The position numbers were made by a program, and so were the translations under genes. The notes beneath the pieces were generated by a model, which saw only the letters and a program-made list of their open reading frames with translations, did no database searches and was not told where the DNA came from. Shown here piece by piece: positions 43,295 to 53,944 of a stretch of DNA of 64,000 nt (position 1 is its first letter; each line of letters begins with the position of its first letter). Source of the stretch: an uncultured Nitrospiraceae bacterium. Lineage in GTDB: Bacteria > Nitrospirota > Thermodesulfovibrionia > Thermodesulfovibrionales > UBA6898. Where the stretch lies: assembly GCA_963811165.1 (NCBI GenBank), contig CAWEQH010000001.1:576001-640000 (forward strand). Direction: 5' to 3'.

Positions 43295-44017
43295 ATGCGC
43301 CGGGAGGCAAATGGTGTGATAAGACCGAAGATACTTCTTCTTGTAATTATTGTCTCCCTTTTTGCGGCCTGCGCCACGACGGACAGAGCGAACAAGGCGG
43401 AGGCATACCATAAGCTCGGCATCGCATATCTCAACGAAAACAAGATCCAGCAGGCCTTCGTCGAATTCTATAAGGCCTATGACCTCGATCCGCACAACAA
43501 GGAGGTCCTCTTTGCAATAGGGACCCTCTATCTCCTTCATCTCGACGAGACGGAAAAGGCGATCTCGTATTTCGAAAGAGCAGTGAAGGAGGACCCGCTT
43601 TATTCGGAGGCCTTCAACAGCCTGGGCTACGCGTATGAGAAACTGGGCAACTTCGAGAAGGCGATATCTTTTTACAAGAAGGCCCTTTCGAACCCGCTTT
43701 ATCCTACCGCGGAAAAGGCTTACGTAAATATGGGCAATTCCTATTACGGGCTTGGTAATTATGATGCGGCCTTGCAGTCGTATAAGGAAGCGATCATGAG
43801 GTCGCCGGAGCTTGGCATCGCCTACTGGAGGATGGCCCTCTGCCTTAATGCGATGGGCAGATACGGAGATGCTGCGACAGCGGTTTCCGAGGCGGTGAGA
43901 CTGGACTATGCCGGCGACCGGGGAAGGGCGGTCGAAGACCTGAGCCTGAAGAAGCTGAAGGCAAGGGGCCGTGAGGAACGTGAGATAAGCGACTACCTGG
44001 AAATACTCAAGTACTGA
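43295..44017 (+). CDS. TPR lipoprotein, PilF/PilW/Tgl-like
   Basis: Lipobox FAAC, TPRs, ALSNPLYPT motif, position right after rlmN. Confidence 0.75.
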   Translation: MRREANGVIRPKILLLVIIVSLFAACATTDRANKAEAYHKLGIAYLNENKIQQAFVEFYKAYDLDPHNKEVLFAIGTLYLLHLDETEKAISYFERAVKEDPLYSEAFNSLGYAYEKLGNFEKAISFYKKALSNPLYPTAEKAYVNMGNSYYGLGNYDAALQSYKEAIMRSPELGIAYWRMALCLNAMGRYGDAATAVSEAVRLDYAGDRGRAVEDLSLKKLKARGREEREISDYLEILKY

Positions 44018-44109
44018 CCCTGTGCCGATTCTATCTTAATTACACCACCAATTACATACAATTGCGTATCCCTAAATCCCCGGTGGCGGATAGTGTTGAA
44101 AAATTTCTA

Positions 44110-44138
44110 TTGACAAGACACGACTTTTTTGAAATAAT
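44110..44138 (+). promoter_or_regulatory. Sigma-70 promoter
   Basis: TTGACA-N17-AATAAT with TG extension, 21 nt before ATG 44160. Confidence 0.65.
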
Positions 44139-44159
44139 CGAATCAAGAGGTATTGTAAT

Positions 44160-44630
44160 ATGAGTAAACATGTGTTGATGCTCCCTGTTTTCGTCTCGCT
44201 ATTAGTATTTTCCCCAGGCAGTGTTTTCGCCCAGGAAAGCCAGAAGGATATTCTCTCCGGCAAAGACTCCGGCAGCAAAGAGGTATGCGTCCTTATCAAA
44301 GACAACCTCAAAAGAGGTGTCGATGCGAAGGCGGTGACGAAAACGAATATTCAGCTCGGGCATAACGTCTGTTACGTAGTCAAGTGCGCTATAGAAGGAG
44401 GCGGCGAGCTGAAGCTGATCATTACCGGCGCGTTAGAGGCCGGCAGTACTTCAGACGTTGTTTCGAAATGTTGTGTCGATGCCGGGGCCGAGCCCGGGAT
44501 GATTGCACAGATACTTGAAAGTGTGGGAGAGGGTCTCGGGTATTCCCCCCTCGGGGACGAGATGATCCCGATGGACCCTGTCTCAACAGGAACTAAAGGA
44601 GGCAGTTCTATAAGTCCCTCCTCTTTTTGA
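44160..44630 (+). CDS. Exported Cys-containing hypothetical protein
   Basis: Signal peptide ending VFA; helical repeats with 5 Cys; GLGYSP tail. Confidence 0.7.
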   Translation: MSKHVLMLPVFVSLLVFSPGSVFAQESQKDILSGKDSGSKEVCVLIKDNLKRGVDAKAVTKTNIQLGHNVCYVVKCAIEGGGELKLIITGALEAGSTSDVVSKCCVDAGAEPGMIAQILESVGEGLGYSPLGDEMIPMDPVSTGTKGGSSISPSSF

Positions 44631-44684
44631 TCTCTTCGCCAAATCCTCACCTCGTCCAGTCGCAACACTCTTATCGTACAATCG

Positions 44685-45218
44685 CTAATCCTTCAGATGG
44701 GTTTCCACGAACTGTGCGAGGACCTCATGTATCTTTACCGGAGGAGACACGCCGAAATAAAAGTCGAGTATGACGTGCGCCAGTTCATGCGCTAAGACGC
44801 CTAGCCTTACGTCGTCGACCGAAATATAGACCGTCTTATCCCTTGGGGAATAAAAGGATATATAATCTACGGCCGCACCGTATCTGTTTTTATAGACTCT
44901 CTGGACCTCCCTGTCATTCGAGAGAAGGACGATCCTGAACTTCAGGTCCCGTGGGAACATATCAAGGATCGCCTCGACCCTTTCGACCAGAACGTCTACC
45001 TTGTTCCTTACCTCGTCGTCGGATGTGATGCTCCTTCTGTTTCTGAGGAGGTATGAGAGGCTCCCGAAAGAAACCTCTCTATTGAACTTCCGCAGTTGTT
45101 CCTCTTTATCGTAGGTGACGATCGTGTACTGCGTCTTTAACTCCGACGCGAAAGCTGCGGCGGCGGATGCGACGAGTAGGAATCCGGCAAGGACTGTACT
45201 TAACAAGCCAGGCAGCAT
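44685..45218 (-). CDS. Exported protein with HExxH zincin-like motif
   Basis: Signal peptide; LAHELAH followed by HEVLA. Confidence 0.7.
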   Translation of the reverse strand: MLPGLLSTVLAGFLLVASAAAAFASELKTQYTIVTYDKEEQLRKFNREVSFGSLSYLLRNRRSITSDDEVRNKVDVLVERVEAILDMFPRDLKFRIVLLSNDREVQRVYKNRYGAAVDYISFYSPRDKTVYISVDDVRLGVLAHELAHVILDFYFGVSPPVKIHEVLAQFVETHLKD

Positions 45219-45220
45219 AA

Positions 45221-45811
45221 CTAATTGTCATTCTTTAACTTGAAATTGCGGAGTATCTCCCCGATCCTCCGGTTTTTGGCAGCGGCCTCATCGAGTTGTC
45301 GGACAGCCTCCGGTCCGTTCGAGGTTTTTGCATCTGAGATGTGCGTTTCAATCTTGTCCGAGAGGTCCCTTATTTCTTTCAGATGCAAGGAGAGACCGGC
45401 GTTGAATTCATTAAACATCTGCGCGAGTTCCTTGGCTTCGTCTTTGGCCCTCAGTCTGATCTCGACATCGAAGTTGCCCTTCAGCATCTCCTCAAGGGAC
45501 TTTTCAAACCTAAAGACGGGTCCGGCGAACCGGTGAGTGAGAAACATTGAGGCCAGGACAACGAGCAGTCCGCCCGCGAAGATAAATATCCAGTTTGCGC
45601 TCAGGGCCTCTTTCAGAAGAATTACCGGGGTCTTCCCCAGTCTGAGATCGTAGTTCTTATACGCGATCGTCAGCGTATCGGCCGACAGGAGGCTGAAGAT
45701 GATCGTAAAAAAAAAACTTCCGGCAACAACCAAGATAAAGACGCTGAAGATATATCTCCCCTGGAGGTCTTTCTTTATGAAATAATTTCTTCTTCTGTAC
45801 GGTTTTTTCAT
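45221..45811 (-). CDS. Two-TM HAMP-domain protein
   Basis: RRRNYFIKKDLQ, two TMs, THRFAGP...LRAKDE..ELA..FN (HAMP); short C-terminal helix, no kinase or MCP domain. Confidence 0.78.
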   Translation of the reverse strand: MKKPYRRRNYFIKKDLQGRYIFSVFILVVAGSFFFTIIFSLLSADTLTIAYKNYDLRLGKTPVILLKEALSANWIFIFAGGLLVVLASMFLTHRFAGPVFRFEKSLEEMLKGNFDVEIRLRAKDEAKELAQMFNEFNAGLSLHLKEIRDLSDKIETHISDAKTSNGPEAVRQLDEAAAKNRRIGEILRNFKLKNDN

Positions 45812-45827
45812 GCCAGTATCTCCCGTG

Positions 45828-46562
45828 CTACTTCTTGATCAATATTTTTATCGTGGCCTTCTTCCTGAGGTCGCCGATCCAATTGTTAATCATCTTTTCT
45901 CTTTTTTCATCCGCCAGTATTTTCCTCAAGCCTTCCCTGTCAAGCCCTGCCGGGCGCGCCGAAGGCCTCTCCATACTGTCGAGCCTTACCACGACGTAGC
46001 CCCCGCCTGTCTTTATCGGTTCGGTATGGTCCCCGGCTTTAAGCGCCACCACCGGCGCCCTCAGATCACCGGAGAGGTCTTCAAGGTACAGGGTCTTCTG
46101 TTCGCCGCCCGTGAAATTGCCTCCCTTTGCTTTTTCAGGACTGTCGAAACTAAAGAAGGTAAGCCGCATCTTCCTGTTTAAAAAAGAGATGTAGTTGTTA
46201 AGCTCATCATCGCTCACCGAAACCTGCAGTAAGGAGAACTTTCTGTCCATGAGAATTTTTACCAACGACTGCTCATAGAAATTCTGTATCGCCCTTCTAA
46301 ACGACTCTTCCTTGTCGATTCCTTCCTTTTGAGATTCCTGGATGAGCAGTTCGCGTGTTATAAGGGAATTTATGAAGTTTTCCCTGTTTAGGGTGCGCAC
46401 AGACTGCGAGGAGATGAGAGCTGAGAACTCATCTGAGGTAATGGTTTTCCCGTTGATGATAAGGGCGGCCTTTTTTTCAGGGGTCTTTGCGGGCATCAGC
46501 GTATAGCCGATCAGGGCCGAGATTATCAGCAAAATTACGACAATGTAGTAGATATATTTCAA
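45828..46562 (-). CDS. SurA N-terminal / parvulin-like chaperone
   Basis: N-terminal anchor, INGKTITSDEF, LITRELLIQE, LKAGDHTEPIKT, WIGDLRKKATIK. Confidence 0.75.
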   Translation of the reverse strand: MKYIYYIVVILLIISALIGYTLMPAKTPEKKAALIINGKTITSDEFSALISSQSVRTLNRENFINSLITRELLIQESQKEGIDKEESFRRAIQNFYEQSLVKILMDRKFSLLQVSVSDDELNNYISFLNRKMRLTFFSFDSPEKAKGGNFTGGEQKTLYLEDLSGDLRAPVVALKAGDHTEPIKTGGGYVVVRLDSMERPSARPAGLDREGLRKILADEKREKMINNWIGDLRKKATIKILIKK

Positions 46563-46691
46563 GAAGACCTCAACTTCAAAAAAGTATAACAGACCGGCCG
46601 GAAAAAGTCATTCGAGCGCCAATGCTTGTAAAATGCTATTATTCCTGACAATTTGCGGCGATATAAAATCAATCCCCCTACGCGGGTAGGG

Positions 46692-46720
46692 TTGACGGAA
46701 AGTCTATCACACCTTAGAAT
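46692..46720 (+). promoter_or_regulatory. Sigma-70 promoter of the EPS export operon
   Basis: TTGACG-N17-TAGAAT. Confidence 0.65.
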
Positions 46721-46840
46721 ATACAACGATGAAGCTTATTTCGAAAAAAGAACGGATAACGGATGAAACCGGTGTTTCCTGCTGACATTTCAGAGAACTC
46801 TACGGGTTTTTCGTGAATCCCGAATGTTCCGAAAATAAAT

Positions 46841-48418
46841 ATGATAAAATGGGCTCCGAGTTGCATAATCAGTTACATAATTTATTTCATCCTTAGTGCC
46901 CTCCTGTTTCAAAATCACATCTGTTTCGCCGGACAAAAAGAAGAAAGTGTCGGCAATAAAGTCTCCCGAAACGAGGTCGAGATCTCTGTTTTTACGACGG
47001 AAGAGGAGGCGGAAAAACTCGCCGAGAAGATCAGAAGCAGCGGTTTCGAGACCCTGGTCCGCACACATCAAACAGAAGACGACAGAACAGTATACGGGGT
47101 TTTCGTAATAATACATAAGGAATCTCCAGTCGCACAAAAACCTCCTTCCCCTGGGGGCGGGAGTGAATCGGTGCCTCCTCCCGTCTCTGGAAGCCCGGTC
47201 GGGGTGAAGAGGACCCCCAAGGATATCTTTGCACGTTCAGGGAGCTATTTCCATGCAGGGTTGACCGTTACGGAGATCTACACGGACAATGCCTTTAATA
47301 CAAAAACCGACAAGAAAAGCGACTTAAGTACGGTGCTCTCCCCCGATGTATGGATATCGGTGCCGCGCGTGAATGAAAAGCCGGCCGGCCTTGATTTTAT
47401 TGCACCCCGTTCTTTAGGGGGGTTGTCTCTTGGCAGGGAAAGGGCCGAAGGGGAAAGACGCTACCAGGCCTTTTTGATATATCAGTCGGATATCCCCGTG
47501 CATTCCGCGAACTCCCCTTCCGGCAACACGTTGACCCATAATGTACAAGGCGGCCTGGCCTATAATTTTCCCTTCGGTCTGTCCCTTGAAGTGAACGACG
47601 AATTTTCGAGATATTATGAGACGCCGGATACGTCGGGGCTGGTGGCGCCGGGCGAAGTGGACACATATAACAGCAATCTTTTTTATGCGCTCCTGTCATA
47701 TGACACAGGAAGTAACCTCAGGTTACGCTTCGATTACTCCCATTTCACCCTGAACTATGATGCCCAAAGGAACGAACTCAGAGACCGCGTGGATAATTCT
47801 TTTTCCACGTATCTTTTTTACAAGCTCCGGCCGAAGACCTCGCTTTTTTTTGAATATATTTTTACCGATGTCGGATATACGGACGATACTACGCTCAACA
47901 GCAAGGAACAGAATTTCTTTCTGGGTGTGGAGTGGAAAATCACGGCAAAATCAAGGGGCAGCGTCAAGGCAGGTTACAGCCTCCGGGACTTCACAGTTTC
48001 GGGAACAAACAATAACAAGACCTTCGTCTTTGAGGGCAAGATCGATCATAAATTTACCCCCAAGACCTCCCTGACGGTCACCGCATCGAGGAGGACGGAC
48101 GAGACCAACATCCCCTCTACCTTCTTCGTGCTTACGAACGAGGTAGAGTTGCAATATCAACAGATGGTGACCTCCAAGATTACGGGATCTTTGGCTCTTG
48201 GGTACAAAAACGAGAGTTACGGTGCCGATCTGACCCTTGGGGCTTTGACGGCAAAGAGAAAAGACAACCTTTACCAGCTCTCTCTGGGGCTGCAATATGA
48301 ATTCAGAAAGTGGCTCAAGGCTGGGATCTCCTACATATACGCCACCAGGGACTCCAATTTTTCCAATTTCAATTATTCAAGCAATACTGTTTTGCTGAAG
48401 CTCACCGGTTCTCTCTAG
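46841..48418 (+). CDS. Outer-membrane beta-barrel protein (polysaccharide-locus type) with N-terminal SPOR-like domain
   Basis: VFTTEEEAEKLAEKIRSSGF (SPOR-like); YTDNAF; amphipathic strands; RDSN..NYSSN end. Confidence 0.8.
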   Translation: MIKWAPSCIISYIIYFILSALLFQNHICFAGQKEESVGNKVSRNEVEISVFTTEEEAEKLAEKIRSSGFETLVRTHQTEDDRTVYGVFVIIHKESPVAQKPPSPGGGSESVPPPVSGSPVGVKRTPKDIFARSGSYFHAGLTVTEIYTDNAFNTKTDKKSDLSTVLSPDVWISVPRVNEKPAGLDFIAPRSLGGLSLGRERAEGERRYQAFLIYQSDIPVHSANSPSGNTLTHNVQGGLAYNFPFGLSLEVNDEFSRYYETPDTSGLVAPGEVDTYNSNLFYALLSYDTGSNLRLRFDYSHFTLNYDAQRNELRDRVDNSFSTYLFYKLRPKTSLFFEYIFTDVGYTDDTTLNSKEQNFFLGVEWKITAKSRGSVKAGYSLRDFTVSGTNNNKTFVFEGKIDHKFTPKTSLTVTASRRTDETNIPSTFFVLTNEVELQYQQMVTSKITGSLALGYKNESYGADLTLGALTAKRKDNLYQLSLGLQYEFRKWLKAGISYIYATRDSNFSNFNYSSNTVLLKLTGSL

Positions 48419-48486
48419 CATTTCGATACTGCTCAAATGTGTATTTCTTCCCCAATTTATTCTATAATTCACTATAGGTTCTGGAA

Positions 48487-49281
48487 ATGAGAAACTACTT
48501 ATTACCCTTACTAGTCGTTGTTTTCCTCTGGAACGCCGGTATTCTCTTTGCCCAGGACTACAGGGTGGGCGAGGAAGATGTGTTGAAGATCACCGTGTAC
48601 GACCATCCGGATCTTACGACTGTGGCGCGGGTCAGCGGCGACGGACTCATCACCTTGCCGCTGATAGGCGCAGTAAAGGTTACGGGGCTGAGCACCGCCC
48701 AGATATCCCAAAAGCTGACCGATCTCTTGGCAGACGGGTATATCGTCGACCCCCATGTGTCTGTCTTTGTGGAGGAGTTTAGAAGCAGAAAGACCATTAT
48801 CATGGGGCAGGTGAACAAGCCGGGTGTCTATGCATTGAGCGGGAATACTACGTTTCTGGAATTGCTGTCCAAGGCCGGCGGTCTTACCAAGGAGGCCGGA
48901 GACAAGGCCATCATAAAGAGAAAGATCCTTTCGCCCGTCAAACAAGAGAGCATCATCACGATCGATCTTAAAAAACTCCTTGAGGAGGGAGACACCTCCT
49001 CTGACGTGATGCTCGTGGACGGCGACAACATTTACGTGGCGAAGGCGGGCGTTTTTTATATCACGGGAGAGGTCAAGAAACCCGATGCGTATAAATGCGA
49101 GGAAGGCACTACAGTGATCAAGGCTGCGACGATGGCCGGAGGTTTCACCGACAAGGCCGCCAACGGGAGGATAAAGATCATTCGAAGGGTGCAGGGGAAA
49201 GAAAAGATTATCGAAAAGGCGGAGATGGATGAGCCGGTCCTGCCCGACGATATCATCGTAGTTCCGGAGAGTTTTTTCTGA
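48487..49281 (+). CDS. Polysaccharide export protein (Wza/EpsE-like, SLBB domains)
   Basis: YRVG..DVLKITVY, GLITLPLIG, GQVNKPG, AGG, VPESFF. Confidence 0.9.
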   Translation: MRNYLLPLLVVVFLWNAGILFAQDYRVGEEDVLKITVYDHPDLTTVARVSGDGLITLPLIGAVKVTGLSTAQISQKLTDLLADGYIVDPHVSVFVEEFRSRKTIIMGQVNKPGVYALSGNTTFLELLSKAGGLTKEAGDKAIIKRKILSPVKQESIITIDLKKLLEEGDTSSDVMLVDGDNIYVAKAGVFYITGEVKKPDAYKCEEGTTVIKAATMAGGFTDKAANGRIKIIRRVQGKEKIIEKAEMDEPVLPDDIIVVPESFF

Positions 49282-49295
49282 ACGGGACGGATAAA

Positions 49296-51488
49296 ATGGA
49301 AGACAGAGAGATACATTTAAGGGACTACCTGAAAATTATCGCCAAGAGAAGGCAGACGGTATACACGTTTTTTGGCGCGGTGTTTGCCGTATCCCTGTTG
49401 CTGACTTTTTCCGCCACCCCGATTTACATGGCCACGACTAAGGTCCTGATAGAAAGGAGCGAACCGGGCAACCTCGGGCCTATGAACATGTATTACTCAA
49501 CGTATGACCCCGATTTCTACGAGACCCAGTACCAGCTTATAAAGAGCGCCTCCGTTGCCCGGAAGGTAGTCAAGATGCAGTCCCTGGACAAGAGCTATGA
49601 GTCTTACTTCAAGAAGGAACAGAGTGCCTTTAATATTGTCGGCGGGACCATCGGATGGTTTAAAGAGATATTTACCATGGTCCTGAATGTCACCGGCATA
49701 ACCGGCCCCGAACCGCGTCCTGCCGTCAAAAAGGAATCTGAAGGGGAGGTTGATGCGAAGGTCGATGCGATCGCAAGGACGATAAGCGCTTCTCTCATTG
49801 TGACACCCATAAAAAACAGCAAGCTGGTAAACATCGGGTACATGTCTTCGAACCCGGAGTTTTCGGCCCTGATAGTAAACTCCGTCGCGAAGGCATACAT
49901 TGAAGACCTTCTCGATATGAAGATGAGCACGTCCCGTTACGCGATGCGGTGGCTTACCGAAAAGGCGGAAGAAGAGAGGGCGAAACTCGAAAAATCGGAA
50001 CAGGCGCTTCAGGATTACCAGAGGATGAAAGATATTGTAACCCTGGAAAACAGGATCGCAATGGTCCCCGAGAAGCTCTCCGAAGTCGCCACGAAGATAG
50101 CCTCTGCCGAATCGAAGAGGAAAGAGTTGGAAGCCCTTTATGCCAAGGTCAGGGAGGTGATGCAAAACCCGGATAAGGCCGATACGATACCGGTGATCGC
50201 GTCCGATCCCACCGTCCAGTCGCTGCGTGTGCAGATACTTAAGGCGGAGCAGAATATCGGCGACATGTCAAAGAGGTTCGGGCAGAAACATCCGGCGATG
50301 ATTACGGCCGTGGCTGACTTGAAGGTCTTGAAGGAAAAGAGGGCACAGGAGATCAGGAGGGTCGTGGAGTCGATCAGGAACGAGTACGAGCTCGCAAAGG
50401 CAAACGAAGAAAATTTTCACAAAATGGCATCGCAGACAAAGAGCGAGACGCTGAACCTGAACGAAAAATTCATTCAGTACGAAGCCCTCAAGAGGGATGC
50501 GGAAACGAGCAAACAACTCTTCGACGCCATCATAAAGAAGATCAAGGAGCAGGACATAACCCAGGATATTCGGACCGTGAACGTCTGGGTCGTCGAGAAG
50601 GCCGAAGTCCCGAAGGCGGCCGCGAAACCGAACAAGCCCCGCAATGTCCTTCTGGGGTTTGTAATCGGGCTGCTTGGAGGGATTGGACTCGCCTTCTTTG
50701 TGGAGTATCTTGATAATACGATAAAGTCGGCGGAAGACGTTGAGGCGAAGTTGGGGGTCCCGGTCCTCGGGATCGTTCCGCTCCTGAAGACCGGCGAAAG
50801 CAAGATGGAGGAGATACTCCTGAAAGAGCCCCATTCCGTCTTCGCGGAAAACTACAAGGTCCTCAGAACGGCGATATTGCTTTCTTCTGCGGTTACCCCC
50901 CCGAAAAATATCCTTGTGACGAGTGCGGCGCCCGGCGAAGGCAAGACGGTTACGTCGGTCAACCTTGCGATGACGATTGCACAGGCAGCACACTCGGTCC
51001 TCCTTATAGACAGCGATCTAAGGAAACCGCGCATCCACAAGATCTTCGGGCTGGACAATTCCAAAGGCCTGAGCACATATCTTGCCGGCGCTTCCGATAT
51101 GAACATCATTTTCAAAGAAAAGGCCTCGAACCTTAATATTATCCCTTCCGGTCCGCTCCCCCCGAACCCTTCCGAACTCCTTAGCTCTGGAAAGATGTAC
51201 GAACTTATGAGGGCCCTGAATGAGAAATTCGATATTATCATCTGGGACGCGGCTCCTCTGCTGACAGTCACGGACAGTCTCGTCCTTAGCAAGCTCCTCG
51301 ATGGGACCATTATAGTGACAAGGGCGGGACAGACTACGTACGAAAGCGTCAGCAGGGCGCTGAAATCCGTGAATGACATCGAAGCCCATTTCCTTGGCGT
51401 AGTCATTAACGGACTCGACGTGAGAAAGAACGAGCATTATTACCGATATTACAGTTACGGGTATGGTGACAAGGACGCCTCCGTGTAA
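49296..51488 (+). CDS. wzc: Polysaccharide co-polymerase / tyrosine autokinase (Wzc-like)
   Basis: Two TMs, coiled coils, PGEGKT, DSDLRKP, DAAP, C-terminal Tyr cluster YYRYYSYGYG. Confidence 0.9.
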   Translation: MEDREIHLRDYLKIIAKRRQTVYTFFGAVFAVSLLLTFSATPIYMATTKVLIERSEPGNLGPMNMYYSTYDPDFYETQYQLIKSASVARKVVKMQSLDKSYESYFKKEQSAFNIVGGTIGWFKEIFTMVLNVTGITGPEPRPAVKKESEGEVDAKVDAIARTISASLIVTPIKNSKLVNIGYMSSNPEFSALIVNSVAKAYIEDLLDMKMSTSRYAMRWLTEKAEEERAKLEKSEQALQDYQRMKDIVTLENRIAMVPEKLSEVATKIASAESKRKELEALYAKVREVMQNPDKADTIPVIASDPTVQSLRVQILKAEQNIGDMSKRFGQKHPAMITAVADLKVLKEKRAQEIRRVVESIRNEYELAKANEENFHKMASQTKSETLNLNEKFIQYEALKRDAETSKQLFDAIIKKIKEQDITQDIRTVNVWVVEKAEVPKAAAKPNKPRNVLLGFVIGLLGGIGLAFFVEYLDNTIKSAEDVEAKLGVPVLGIVPLLKTGESKMEEILLKEPHSVFAENYKVLRTAILLSSAVTPPKNILVTSAAPGEGKTVTSVNLAMTIAQAAHSVLLIDSDLRKPRIHKIFGLDNSKGLSTYLAGASDMNIIFKEKASNLNIIPSGPLPPNPSELLSSGKMYELMRALNEKFDIIIWDAAPLLTVTDSLVLSKLLDGTIIVTRAGQTTYESVSRALKSVNDIEAHFLGVVINGLDVRKNEHYYRYYSYGYGDKDASV

Positions 51489-51596
51489 ATCCTGCCGGCT
51501 GTTTGACGTCATTTTTTTTCGGGGGATCATAAAGTTGAGACCATGGCCCGTCGGTCCGACAGGGGCGAATGAAAAGACGAGGAGCATGAAGAAGAA

Positions 51597-53936
51597 ATGA
51601 GCAGTGCCATATTCTGGATATTTTTGTTCCTTCTGATTTTTTCGCCTCTCGCCTTCGGCACGGTCGAACTATGGTCATTGTCCGTGATGGAATCCCTATC
51701 TTTTTCGGCCCTGGTATTTTTCCTCGCCGGCAAAAAGGGGAAGGGGGCCGTATGCCTATACGAGGTGCCGGGGCTTCTCCCCTTGTCCCTCTTTCTGGGG
51801 TATATCCTTCTGCAACTTGTCCCAATGCCTCCCGGCCTGCTGAAAATTGCCTCGCCCGGCACCTATGCTCTCTACAAAGAGACGCTTTGGAGCGCGGACC
51901 CGTCAGCATGGGGTTCCCTCTCTATATATAAAAAAGGCACTTTAACGGAATTCTTCAGGCTGGGCTCATATGCCGCGTTTTATGTCCTGACTGTTCAGTT
52001 GCTTACAAGAAAGGAACTTCTGAAAAAGACTGTCGGGACCGTCGTATTATTTGCATCGGCCCTTGCTTTTTTCGGGATGCTGCAGCATTTCCTCTGGAAC
52101 GACAAAATATATTGGGTAAGAGAGTTGACCGCGGGCGGGCATCCTTTCGGCCCCTACGTAAACCGCAATCATTACGCTGGGCTCATCGATATGCTCCTCC
52201 CCTTGGTCGTGTCCCTTTTTATTTATTACAGACCCCGGCACCTACGCACTTCTCTTAGGGAGCGGGCGGTAGAGGTGTTGGGCAATTCCCGGACGAATCT
52301 GCACGTTCTCCTGGGACTTTCAGGTGTGCTGCTTGCAACGTCTGTCTTCCTGAGTCTCTCAAAAGGAGGCATCATAAGCCTCTGCCTTTCGCTGTTTTTC
52401 ATGGCCGGCATGATAAGGAATAAAGACCGGGAAGGGAGGGGCTGGATCCTTGTATTTTTCACCCTTATGCTTGTCTTATATTCGGTAGGGTGGTTCGGGT
52501 GGGACAGAATTTTCGAAAGGTTTTCGGCCTTAAGAGATGCCCGGGGTGCCATAGCCGAGGCAAGGCTTGAAATATGGCGGGACAGCCTCGGCATTGTAAA
52601 AGACTTCCCGCTGACCGGGACGGGGCTGGGCAGCTACCTAAGGATCTATCAGAAATACCGCTCTATAACGACGGACAGCATTGTCGACCACGCCCATAAC
52701 GATTATCTTGAAGGTTTTGCCGAGGGCGGTGCTGTTGCCGTCGCACTCTTTGGCTGGTTTGTCGCCGCGGCTCTCTATCAGGCGTACAAGGGGTTCCGGA
52801 GACGGCGCGACCGCTATTCAACCTTCCTTTTTATCGGCGCTGTCTCAGGAGTCGTGTCGGTGCTCATCCACAGTCTCACGGATTTCAATCTCCATATCGG
52901 AGCGAATGGACTCTACTTCTTTTTTCTTATCGGTCTGGCTGTTTCTGCCGCACACACGAGGATGCATGACGGACTGAATGATACATTTCTCGGAAAGGCG
53001 CGGCCCTTCCTGCTCAAAGGCCTGCTCATCCCTTTGACGGCAGTTTTTATTGCGGGTGCAATTTTTATTACGGGGATCCTCTCGGCCCGGTTCAGCCTGC
53101 TCGCCTTTGCGGGGAAGAACGATGGGCCGCAGGCGGCGAGGGAGGAACTCCTGGCACGGAGAAACGCTCAAAACAAGGCGTCTTTGTTCGACCCGGCAGA
53201 AGGGGGATATCCCTATGCTGCTGCGGGCATGGAATGGTCCCTTGGAAACAAGGGCGCTGCAGTAGAACAATACAGAAAGGCCGTATGCCTCGACCCGGTA
53301 AACGGAGCGTATCTCCAGGCCCTCGGTCTTCACCTGCCGAAGTCAGACAACGGCGCCGGGACGGAACGTCTTTTGCAAAGCGGGATAACGTGCGACAGAA
53401 TGAACCCCTCGATATACAAAAGGTATGCGCTATGGCTCATTTCGAAGGGCGAAAAAGGAAAGGCATCGAAACACTTCAGTGCTGCCGTGGCCCTGGAGCC
53501 GACGAAAACAAGAGAGTATATCGCCCTTCTTGTCCTCTATGGCTGGACGGACAGGGAGATACGGGGGAGCCTGCCTGAATTGGTCAGGCCCCATCTGCTT
53601 TTTGCGGATTATCTGGACAAAACGCAGCATCAGGACATGGCTGACGAGGAGTATCGTTCCGCACCGGATTATGTGAAATACGAAAGGGAGCCCGACGCCT
53701 CCTATTTTTATCCGTCGCGCGAGTACTTCGTGAGGAGGGGAATGTATGATGACGCCCTCGGTGTCATGAGGAAGGCAGCAGAGACGCTGCCCAATGATGC
53801 GGGTATAAGGATGTCCCTGGCAGAGATCTATGAAAAGGCAGGCATCGCCTACAGGGCGGCGGAAGAATACAGGAAGACACTCGTCCTCGATCCCGGAAAC
53901 CCCTCGGCGAGGGAGAAACTCGGGAAGGTAAAATAA
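51597..53936 (+). CDS. O-antigen ligase/Wzy_C-family membrane protein with C-terminal TPRs
   Basis: GPYVNRNHYAG, SKGG, R.EIW, GTGLG, HAHNDYL, HSLTDFNL; TPR tail. Confidence 0.87.
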   Translation: MSSAIFWIFLFLLIFSPLAFGTVELWSLSVMESLSFSALVFFLAGKKGKGAVCLYEVPGLLPLSLFLGYILLQLVPMPPGLLKIASPGTYALYKETLWSADPSAWGSLSIYKKGTLTEFFRLGSYAAFYVLTVQLLTRKELLKKTVGTVVLFASALAFFGMLQHFLWNDKIYWVRELTAGGHPFGPYVNRNHYAGLIDMLLPLVVSLFIYYRPRHLRTSLRERAVEVLGNSRTNLHVLLGLSGVLLATSVFLSLSKGGIISLCLSLFFMAGMIRNKDREGRGWILVFFTLMLVLYSVGWFGWDRIFERFSALRDARGAIAEARLEIWRDSLGIVKDFPLTGTGLGSYLRIYQKYRSITTDSIVDHAHNDYLEGFAEGGAVAVALFGWFVAAALYQAYKGFRRRRDRYSTFLFIGAVSGVVSVLIHSLTDFNLHIGANGLYFFFLIGLAVSAAHTRMHDGLNDTFLGKARPFLLKGLLIPLTAVFIAGAIFITGILSARFSLLAFAGKNDGPQAAREELLARRNAQNKASLFDPAEGGYPYAAAGMEWSLGNKGAAVEQYRKAVCLDPVNGAYLQALGLHLPKSDNGAGTERLLQSGITCDRMNPSIYKRYALWLISKGEKGKASKHFSAAVALEPTKTREYIALLVLYGWTDREIRGSLPELVRPHLLFADYLDKTQHQDMADEEYRSAPDYVKYEREPDASYFYPSREYFVRRGMYDDALGVMRKAAETLPNDAGIRMSLAEIYEKAGIAYRAAEEYRKTLVLDPGNPSAREKLGKVK

Positions 53937-53944
53937 GCACCGTT

